In this document: positions 19,596 to 26,937 of the stretch, one piece after another
How the letters are laid out: every line of letters starts with the position of its first letter
How positions within the stretch are numbered: the stretch's first letter is position 1
IMG/VR virus record: IMGVR_UViG_3300045971_000577
Coordinates: 124,001 to 188,000 of that record
DNA: 64,000 nt
Reading direction: 5' to 3' (one strand)
Notes under the pieces: model-generated
Databases searched by the model: none
The model's input: the letters and a program-made list of their open reading frames with translations, nothing else
What the model was told of the DNA's origin: nothing
Program-made: the position numbers and the translations under genes

Positions 19596-20228
19596 CTACT
19601 TCTTTAGTACATTTGGTACCAGCATTTGTGTACGCCAGTGACTTTCGTCGTCAACGTGCCCCTTTCTGACATATTTTGCAACACTCTTATCGAAGTTATC
19701 GTATGCAAACTTATCAGCAAGGCGAATAACAAAGCCTTCGTCTTTCCCCGGATCTAATCCTTCATGGAGTTTTCTGATTTTAGCTTCATCCCATATGTCA
19801 TCATAGATAACATAGACAGGTTCGATACCAAGCAATGCGAAATAGTGCAGAGTTTCATCCCAACTGAGACACATGTTATCGTCATCCCAGATCGAAAAGC
19901 CCATGAAATACGAGGGCAGGTCTGTGTAGTGGATCGCGTGCTTGGCCCACAGGTTCTCGCCGCAAATTCGCCAATTTTCGGGAATATCGTGCGCTATCTG
20001 TGCATGTAGTTGCTTGACCCAGTCTCGGTCAATGCCACCCCTGCTGTCTAAACTGCGAGCATGGGTGTAATCTTTACCCAAAGTTGTATTCTCGCCGTCC
20101 ATTTTCTTAGATCCGATCGCTCTTTTACCCACAAAGTGGGAAAGGTCCGTTAGGACCTTGTCATCACTCGTGAATCCTGGACTCCAGGGTAGGTGATAAG
20201 TTCTCGGATACTTGATTTTCATCTGCAA
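19596..20228 (-). CDS. RNA ligase family protein
   Basis: KYPRTYHLPWSPG, KMDGENT (motif I), CGEN, EGFVIR, AKYVR. Confidence 0.85.
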   Translation of the reverse strand: MQMKIKYPRTYHLPWSPGFTSDDKVLTDLSHFVGKRAIGSKKMDGENTTLGKDYTHARSLDSRGGIDRDWVKQLHAQIAHDIPENWRICGENLWAKHAIHYTDLPSYFMGFSIWDDDNMCLSWDETLHYFALLGIEPVYVIYDDIWDEAKIRKLHEGLDPGKDEGFVIRLADKFAYDNFDKSVAKYVRKGHVDDESHWRTQMLVPNVLKK

Positions 20229-20368
20229 ATCTTCTGAATGTCGTCTGCCGACCTTCCTACCTTCATTGCATCTACTCTACATTGATTCTTTGCATAGCTT
20301 TCGTATGCCATACCACCCATTGACAGAAAGAACATTATGGCAACGGTAGCCATTAGGTAGCGTTCCAT
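20219..20368 (-). CDS. small membrane-anchored protein
   Basis: MERYLMATVAIMFF...QCRVDAMKVG......ICR. Confidence 0.55.
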   Translation of the reverse strand: MERYLMATVAIMFFLSMGGMAYESYAKNQCRVDAMKVGRSADDIQKICR

Positions 20369-20518
20369 TATCGACAAGCCCTCAGAACTTCTTCGCCCTT
20401 CATGCCAGCTTTGATAGCTTCGAGCTTGCACTGATGGCCTTGATAACCCCAAAAAAGCAAAGGCACAGATAAGTACAACTGCAACAACTCCAACAACGAT
20501 AGGTTCGGTGCGATTCAT
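20368..20518 (-). pseudogene. frameshifted tandem paralog of the 20219..20368 protein
   Basis: The +1 frame after the T6G4 run gives WGYQGHQCKLEAIKAGMKGEEVLRACR*. Confidence 0.55.
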
Positions 20519-20689
20519 TTCACTTTACCTTCGGTGGATTCCACTGTCTTGCAACAGTAAGGATTGAAGAGATTGCAGAACGCAACGGCTTACCTGCAGT
20601 CATAGATTCTACGACTTGCCAGCACGCCCATTTGCATAGATCATCAAACGACCAGTCGTCCAGATCCTTTTCTGTGTTTACAGGAGCAC

Positions 20690-22039
20690 TCACTTGATTT
20701 CCTTTGAGCTATTTGCAACAGACTTATCGTAACGACGTTCTTGGAAGCGTGGCAGGAACAAAGAATCCACGCCAACACGGGTTCTGCTCGAAATACGCTC
20801 GTTGTAAAGGACAGTGACAATGCCGCCCATCCAACTGTCGATATCGCGAGTGATCTCTGCACGCAAATCGTCTGAGAATCCACTGATTGCAGTTTCTACA
20901 AGACGATCACTGGATGCACAGATCAAACTACCGACCATTCCGACAAACTTGCCTTCACCGGGGTTCCAGCCAATGACTTCGAGGTCAGCATCCTTCTCGG
21001 CCTTGAACTTAACCAAGTGCTTGCTGCGGGTATCTTCCCACAGACCACAGAAGTTCTTCAGAATGGTACCTTCTTCGCCTGCTGCGAGCATTTCATTGAA
21101 GTGGGAAACTGCTTCATCCAGATTATTGACAATCTTGTATGGAATCAGGCGGAACTTCAACGCACCGTGCGTCAACTTGTGCGCGGTGTAATCAGCACTG
21201 GTGGTAATCTGTTGCATTGCGGCAACAAGCTTCAGGAAACGCTTGTCATACGTTTCTGCAGACTTGCGTGCGAAGAATTCAGACAGCGGGAATGCATCCC
21301 ACACCTGGAATCTCACCATCTTAGCTTCTGCATCGCTAATCGTGCCCTTGATGGCTTTGTTAATGATGCCGTTACCAGTCTTGCGATCGATAATGTTCTC
21401 GTTTGCATCCACAACAACGAATTCGCCGTCGTAGAACATATTAACTCCGTAATGCGCAGAAACATACAGCGCATCTTCGTCCATGTAACCCAACAAATCA
21501 ATTGCACGACCAGAACGACCACACAGAGTAACCTTGCCATTCTGGACAAGTGCATTTGCACGCAGGCCGTCAGCTTTTAGTTGACTGAATGCCTGATAGG
21601 TGATGTTTTTGACGTTCTTCTCGTCGTAGGGACGAGCAAGCAGGCAGGGATAAGTGGGAATGAAGTCGGGGATTACCGAGTTGACCGTACCATCTCCAGC
21701 ACCGCAACGCAAATCCTTGCCAATAATGCGCTCAACAACAGTAGCATCATCAGCGGAAAGCTGACTGAGAACACTGCGTAGATGCTCAATCCCTGCGCCA
21801 CCTGTGAATTGTCTCGAAGAAAGCTTTTCAAGTTCAACCAGTGCCCAGTCGAGGGTCTGCCCGCCTTTTGCGTCATAAGCAGGGATCTTCCTGATGAAAA
21901 AGTTCACATACGGATCGAGTGCAAGTTTTGCAACCGTACGGAACTGTTGATTGTCCTTGTATTTCCCGATAACTGCGATCTTGTGACCGCGTTTGGTATC
22001 GGAATTGATTTCTTCGAGGATTTGTAGAATGTTTATCAT
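20690..22039 (-). CDS. ATP-dependent DNA ligase (T4 gp30-like)
   Basis: KADG motif I, DGE, VWD, EGTILK, KFK, LFLPRF. Confidence 0.93.
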   Translation of the reverse strand: MINILQILEEINSDTKRGHKIAVIGKYKDNQQFRTVAKLALDPYVNFFIRKIPAYDAKGGQTLDWALVELEKLSSRQFTGGAGIEHLRSVLSQLSADDATVVERIIGKDLRCGAGDGTVNSVIPDFIPTYPCLLARPYDEKNVKNITYQAFSQLKADGLRANALVQNGKVTLCGRSGRAIDLLGYMDEDALYVSAHYGVNMFYDGEFVVVDANENIIDRKTGNGIINKAIKGTISDAEAKMVRFQVWDAFPLSEFFARKSAETYDKRFLKLVAAMQQITTSADYTAHKLTHGALKFRLIPYKIVNNLDEAVSHFNEMLAAGEEGTILKNFCGLWEDTRSKHLVKFKAEKDADLEVIGWNPGEGKFVGMVGSLICASSDRLVETAISGFSDDLRAEITRDIDSWMGGIVTVLYNERISSRTRVGVDSLFLPRFQERRYDKSVANSSKEIK

Positions 22040-22045
22040 ACTCTT

Positions 22046-22074
22046 AGTATAAGCTAGACCACAGTCTGCGTCAA
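22046..22074 (-). promoter_or_regulatory. sigma70-like promoter of the DNA ligase
   Basis: TTGACG-17-TATACT, 6 nt before the ATG. Confidence 0.7.
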
Positions 22075-22247
22075 GTGGTTGATTTCAGTTCTTTTTCTAA
22101 TATATAATCAGCCATCTCCGGGAGAAGAGTTAGATACATCCTGTCGTGATGTGGTTCGCAATACGACCGTCCATATATGGTCGGATGGCGGCAGCACTCT
22201 CCTTCTCCGATCCATACACATACTTTATTTTCTTTCTCTTCATCCAT
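22071..22247 (-). CDS. small Cys/His protein resembling the GcrA C-terminal domain (not in ORF track)
   Basis: Manual translation MDEEKENKVCVWIGEGECCRHPTIYGRSYCEPHHDRMY... Confidence 0.5.
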   Translation of the reverse strand: MDEEKENKVCVWIGEGECCRHPTIYGRSYCEPHHDRMYLTLLPEMADYILEKELKSTT

Positions 22248-22258
22248 TTTATTGTTCG

Positions 22259-22393
22259 CGCCCCATGATGTAACACTTCAAACCATCGACCTACCAGTTA
22301 CAAGCTGGCCACTCTAAGTGTAACTAGAACAATATTAAGCCGGCGGCGCCGCCTTGTGTTTAGAGATCATTCGTATTTCTGAGCTAATGAGGC
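22259..22393 (-). tRNA. tRNA-Thr(UGU)-like RNA with a 66-nt D-loop and 13-nt T-loop
   Basis: Acceptor GCCTCAT/ATGGGGC, D-stem GCTC/GAGT, anticodon arm GCCAG-CTTGTAA-CTGGT, variable AGGTC, T-stem GATG/CATC; no encoded CCA. Confidence 0.7.
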
Positions 22394-22399
22394 ATGCTC

Positions 22400-22428
22400 A
22401 GTATAGCAGAATTATTCGATATCCTCAA
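22400..22428 (-). promoter_or_regulatory. sigma70-like promoter of the tRNA-like RNA
   Basis: TTGAGG-17-TATACT with extended TG; predicted +1 falls at G22393. Confidence 0.6.
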
Positions 22429-22738
22429 TGTGCTCCAAAATAATTCTGTCGTAATCATTTTTTACTGCGTATTCGATGACTTCTGCAAGGACAACTTCGT
22501 CGTCCAACGAAGCATACCATAAAACCTTGCCATAGTCGACATTATTGAATCCAGAAAGAACTTTCTTGGATGTTTCGAGGTAGTTTTCGTATGAACCAAA
22601 CTCCTCTGTATATGGGCCAAGGGCAGCATCAAGTATATCGCCTTGTGTCATTATTTGTACTGTTTTGATAATCTTACCGCTGCGGTCTGCAACGGTATAT
22701 TCAGTCCCAATGGATAGGACATCGGTGTTTTTGTACAT
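22412..22738 (-). CDS. hypothetical protein
   Basis: SD GAGG and upstream ATAAATA. Confidence 0.6.
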   Translation of the reverse strand: MYKNTDVLSIGTEYTVADRSGKIIKTVQIMTQGDILDAALGPYTEEFGSYENYLETSKKVLSGFNNVDYGKVLWYASLDDEVVLAEVIEYAVKNDYDRIILEHIEDIE

Positions 22739-22782
22739 AGTGGTACCTCAATAAAGGTGTAGAGCCAACGGCTCATTAGTAT

Positions 22783-23811
22783 TTATGGAAAGTGCAGAAA
22801 CTTAGATTTGATATCGTAAAATCGTTTGGCGCCTGTCATCCTTTCTAGTACCGCACGCTCGACAATATCTTTTATATATCCGTCCTTAGTGGATTCAATC
22901 TGATCATCCGGAATATCGTCAAGGTTTATATTAGAAACTACTATCGATGCGTTCGATGAAGGTATGACCACGGGAAAGAATGTTATATTTCCATTTCCGC
23001 TGATAATATCTCGATAATCTACATCAACACTATAAGAAACCGCTGCTGGCTGTACACTAAGAATAGAATGAAAATTTCTACCATGTGAGTTTATGCAGCC
23101 AAATATCTCAGCCTTTGAACTGCTATGCGACGCGATCTTATTTTCGTCAATGACACCAGCTGAACCTTTACCGAACAAGATATGACTATAGGCCGCCCCT
23201 TCTAACGCAATAATATTTCTATATGCAAATGATGCAGATGCTACATTATTATTATAAAAGGTGGTCAGATTCAATCTCGAAGAAGGATTCAGAATATAGT
23301 TGGTCACACAATTCAGCGCACTGTGACTTTCAATCTCTTCAACAATTTCTGCTGAAAATGTTTCACTGATGCGAAATACAACTACAGAGTTGTAGAATGT
23401 TTCGTATTCTGTTCGATACTTGACATAAATCGGTTCGTCAATATCGCCGACTATTTCAAACATAGTGTGATTATTACACACCAGGTATGCTACTGTAGAA
23501 AATGTCTCAGGATTATATAAACTCTGGGGATTGGTGGTTTGATTATTATTTTCGAGAGAATTCGTTACCAGAATGTTCGGATGATCATACATCTCTTTAC
23601 TGATGTGTATTTCGTTACCGGTAATTATGACAATAAAACCTGTCAGCGCAGGGTCTACTATCATCTGAGACTTATTATTCTGGATAAAGAATCGTTGATC
23701 GAAAAACTTATCTAGTTCAGTGGTCTTATATTTGTCCTGCGCTGCCGAATAGAGCAACTCCGGATAATATTTTCCAAGAAATGATTTTACTGGTATGAGA
23801 TTTGTCGACAT
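22783..23811 (-). CDS. SufB/SufD-like beta-helix protein (divergent)
   Basis: Repeating beta-strand pattern (PIYVKY, AEIVEE, YILNPSSRLNL) reminiscent of SufD. Confidence 0.4.
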   Translation of the reverse strand: MSTNLIPVKSFLGKYYPELLYSAAQDKYKTTELDKFFDQRFFIQNNKSQMIVDPALTGFIVIITGNEIHISKEMYDHPNILVTNSLENNNQTTNPQSLYNPETFSTVAYLVCNNHTMFEIVGDIDEPIYVKYRTEYETFYNSVVVFRISETFSAEIVEEIESHSALNCVTNYILNPSSRLNLTTFYNNNVASASFAYRNIIALEGAAYSHILFGKGSAGVIDENKIASHSSSKAEIFGCINSHGRNFHSILSVQPAAVSYSVDVDYRDIISGNGNITFFPVVIPSSNASIVVSNINLDDIPDDQIESTKDGYIKDIVERAVLERMTGAKRFYDIKSKFLHFP

Positions 23812-23844
23812 TTATTTCCCGTATCTGCTACGAGATATTTATGG

Positions 23845-24150
23845 TTATAGTTCTTCGAATGTAGCAGTTAACGGGAATCCATTTGCTCTAGAATAAGCAA
23901 CGGTCTCAGTGGTTTTCTCTTCTGCAATCTCGCGTGTGTATGGCGAGCCTGCAATACCTTGCCCTTGGACGTGGATCATCTTGGTAATCTCCACAGCATC
24001 CTGCATGCTCTTATGAAAGACGCCGACAAGTACAGAAATCACAAACTCAAATGTGGTTGAATCGTCATTATGAAGGATTACCTTGTACATCTTTGGCTCG
24101 ACGACGCGGATGGTCTCATCAATCTTTTCGATTACTTCAATATCAGACAT
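23845..24150 (-). CDS. clpS: ClpS N-degron adaptor
   Basis: PKMYKVILHNDDSTTFEFVISVL...IHVQGQGIAG.YTREIAE.K...FPL. Confidence 0.92.
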   Translation of the reverse strand: MSDIEVIEKIDETIRVVEPKMYKVILHNDDSTTFEFVISVLVGVFHKSMQDAVEITKMIHVQGQGIAGSPYTREIAEEKTTETVAYSRANGFPLTATFEEL

Positions 24151-24212
24151 TGTTAAATCCCGGGTAGTAGTAGACCTAAGTTTACTGTACCCGGACCCTT
24201 GTGTCAAGAAAC

Positions 24213-24626
24213 TTACTTGATGGTAATTAGCTTGGGCTGAGCCTCAAGCGGCACATTCTTAACAAATGTGATAGTCAAAATACCATCTTCCATCTCTGCA
24301 CCACCTACATCAAAGAATTCGGCAATGCGGAATTGCTTTGAGAACGAACGGTTGGCGATTCCACGGAATTGATACGTAGAATTCGGATCAATTGCTTTCT
24401 CACCCTTGATAGTGAGCAAACCTTGATGTTCTTCTAGCGTGATTTCCGCTTTCTTGAATCCTGCGACAGCCAATTCGATGTAGAATTCATTGTCAGAGAC
24501 TCTAACAATGTTGTGCGGTGGATAGTTGTTATTTTGAATGTGAAAATCCCTGAATACGGGACCGAAGCCTACAGTAATAGATTCGAGTTGATCGAATAGA
24601 CGTGAGATGTCGTTCTTAGGTAGCAT
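24213..24626 (-). CDS. small heat shock protein (Hsp20 / IbpA-like)
   Basis: NYPPHNI...IELAVAGF...RGIANRSF...DGILTI; SD AAGGAG before MLPKN. Confidence 0.93.
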   Translation of the reverse strand: MLPKNDISRLFDQLESITVGFGPVFRDFHIQNNNYPPHNIVRVSDNEFYIELAVAGFKKAEITLEEHQGLLTIKGEKAIDPNSTYQFRGIANRSFSKQFRIAEFFDVGGAEMEDGILTITFVKNVPLEAQPKLITIK

Positions 24627-24726
24627 GATTTTACTCCTTTTAAGCAAGTTTAGATGTGCTTTACCTTAGTACAGTTGCGTCACCATGACGCGAAGTGTAG
24701 GGCCCCTAATGGGCACCCTACACTTT
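24627..24726 (-). promoter_or_regulatory. ROSE-like RNA thermometer leader of hsp20
   Basis: Two 5' hairpins, then ACTTGCTT-AA-AAGGAGT pairing the UUGCU motif with the SD. Confidence 0.55.
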
Positions 24727-24728
24727 AT

Positions 24729-25445
24729 TTATCTCCGATCAATAGATCGTCTATATTTTAGACCACCCATTGCAAATAATCCTATTATTATCAGAAATAC
24801 AGTAGATGGTTCGGGTGCTGCGGGGAGGGAAACAACGGAGTGGCAACACCAGCTGTGTGTATCAGAATAGTAAAATGGCGAAGCAATAATCGAATATTGA
24901 GGTACACCGTTATGTGGCGCTGGTGATATACCTGACTTAGCCTGAAAAGAATCTAAGGGAATTGGCGCAGATAGTGATAAAATTATTGGAGTAATTCCAA
25001 CAGATGATATGCTTTCGTGAATTCCACCTGGCGGAAGAATCCACCCAGTATTCTTCAATCGAGCAACTCTACTAAGGTTTCCACAAACAGTTGGCACCAC
25101 AATGCAATAATTCTCTTCGCAATATACCATTCCGCGTTCTTTGGATACACGAGTCCATTTATCTCGAGTTACACGCTGACAAACACGATTCTTACCAAAA
25201 TGCATATCCCTGAGATCAGTATATTCTTCTTTGCCGATGATACTATCTTTTGTGATATCAACTATGTCATCATATTTTTTAGAATTTAGTCGCTTTTCTA
25301 GCTTATCTCGAATATTTTTTGGAATATCTATATAATCGTGAACTGCCACTGATACATCACCCGTAAATCTATTTGCGCCGGGCTGATCCCACTGACATAC
25401 CGGCGACACAATAACCGATGCCGCAAATAGAATTTCTGATAACAT
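24729..25445 (-). CDS. MHFG-family PEP-CTERM protein
   Basis: Cys-rich N-domain with DMHFG; C-terminal APEPST, transmembrane segment and KYRR. Confidence 0.8.
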   Translation of the reverse strand: MLSEILFAASVIVSPVCQWDQPGANRFTGDVSVAVHDYIDIPKNIRDKLEKRLNSKKYDDIVDITKDSIIGKEEYTDLRDMHFGKNRVCQRVTRDKWTRVSKERGMVYCEENYCIVVPTVCGNLSRVARLKNTGWILPPGGIHESISSVGITPIILSLSAPIPLDSFQAKSGISPAPHNGVPQYSIIASPFYYSDTHSWCCHSVVSLPAAPEPSTVFLIIIGLFAMGGLKYRRSIDRR

Positions 25446-25448
25446 CTA

Positions 25449-25709
25449 TCAATATTTCTTGTCTTTATGCCAATGACCGGATTCAATCATTTCTTCGACA
25501 GTACGTTCCCAACGCTTACGAGCTTGTTTCTTCATACGCTGTTTGGCCACGGCAGGTTTCTCGTAGGCCATTCGATCTTTTACTTCCTTTAATAGACCAG
25601 TGTCTTGAACCTTCTTCGACCATGTACGCAGGGCGCGGCCAAAATCCTCGCCCCTAACTTCGACTGTGATTCCCTGCTGCTTTTTTCCGTCTCTGAACTT
25701 ATTAGACAT
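25449..25709 (-). CDS. rpsU: ribosomal protein bS21
   Basis: VEVRGEDFGRALRTWSKKV...LKEVKDRMAYEKPAV.K.R.K..ARKR. Confidence 0.88.
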   Translation of the reverse strand: MSNKFRDGKKQQGITVEVRGEDFGRALRTWSKKVQDTGLLKEVKDRMAYEKPAVAKQRMKKQARKRWERTVEEMIESGHWHKDKKY

Positions 25710-26937
25710 TATTTGCTCGTTTCTTTGTTTTGTAAACATGTTGTGTTATACCATTTTCGTCAACAAATATTTTGTTGACTCCTTCCTTATGTAATCGTGG
25801 TAGTATAAACTGAGTAGCCTGGAGATCCTTCTCCATTACCGCACGCAATCCTCTAGCACCTACCTTTTGCTTCAGACATTGTTCAGCTACATTCAGTAGG
25901 TATTTATCGTCAAACTCTAAAGTGACACCATCAATTTTGAACAGTGCTCTGAATTGGCTTACGATGCTATTTTTAGGTTCTCTTAGAATACGAAGCATCA
26001 TATCCGGTGTTAGGTCGTCAAACACAACAACCACCGGGCAGCGGCCCACAAACTCCGGGATCAATCCATATTTAATAAAATCTTCGGAACCCGCCGATCT
26101 GATTGTATCAGAAAATGGAGTCTTTGTACTCAGTGTTGCACCAATACCGATGCTTGTTTTGGAACGACTCTTTCGAATTACTTCATCAAGCCCGACAAAG
26201 GAGCCACTGCACACAAAAAGGATGTTCTTTGTATCAAAATCAATGATATCGTCGTGCAACTCAACTTTTATGGATGTACCTTCAATAAGTTTCAATAATG
26301 CTTGCTGTACACCTTCTCCGGAGACGTCTCTGTTCGCAGAGGCTGTATCATTCTTTCTACTTTTCTTGTCAATTTCATCGATAAAGATAATACCACGCTG
26401 AGCACGCTCAATATCATCATCTGCTTCCATAATTAATCGCTTGATTAGATTTTCAACATCTTCTCCAACGTAGCCCGCTTCAGTCAATGAGGTTGCATCG
26501 GCAATAATGTATGGTAAATCAAACATCTTGGCTACAGTTTTCACTGTAAGAGTCTTTCCGCTGCCAGATGATCCCACAATAAGCAAATTAGACTTATCGA
26601 TTTCTGTCTTTGACTTACTGTTAATACGTTTGTAGTGATTATAGACTGCAACTGAAATTGCTTGCTTTGCAGAATCCTGTCCTACAACATATTCGTCAAG
26701 ATATTTTTTTATCTGTTCCGGGGTGTAGATCTTATCTTTCTTTTTCTTCTCAGGTTCTGCTTTTTCTTCAGTATGCAATATTTCGTGACTAACATCTACG
26801 CATTCATTGCAAATATACAGATTGGCTCCGTTTACAATAGGACCTTCGACTAGATGTTTTACCTGATTCCTACCTTTACCACAGAAAGAGCAATTGATTG
26901 CTAATTTCATAACTGGTGCGTCGTCATTTTCAATCAT
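25702..26937 (-). CDS. clpX: ClpX unfoldase
   Basis: CSFC...CNEC zinc domain, AVYNHYKR, GSGKT, GYVGEDVE, DEIDK, RDVSGEGVQQALLK, GARGLR. Confidence 0.96.
   Translation of the reverse strand: MIENDDAPVMKLAINCSFCGKGRNQVKHLVEGPIVNGANLYICNECVDVSHEILHTEEKAEPEKKKKDKIYTPEQIKKYLDEYVVGQDSAKQAISVAVYNHYKRINSKSKTEIDKSNLLIVGSSGSGKTLTVKTVAKMFDLPYIIADATSLTEAGYVGEDVENLIKRLIMEADDDIERAQRGIIFIDEIDKKSRKNDTASANRDVSGEGVQQALLKLIEGTSIKVELHDDIIDFDTKNILFVCSGSFVGLDEVIRKSRSKTSIGIGATLSTKTPFSDTIRSAGSEDFIKYGLIPEFVGRCPVVVVFDDLTPDMMLRILREPKNSIVSQFRALFKIDGVTLEFDDKYLLNVAEQCLKQKVGARGLRAVMEKDLQATQFILPRLHKEGVNKIFVDENGITQHVYKTKKRANNV

Noticed and set aside
22259-22393. tmRNA
   Set aside because: It has a D-stem and a Thr anticodon arm, is too short and has no tag reading frame.
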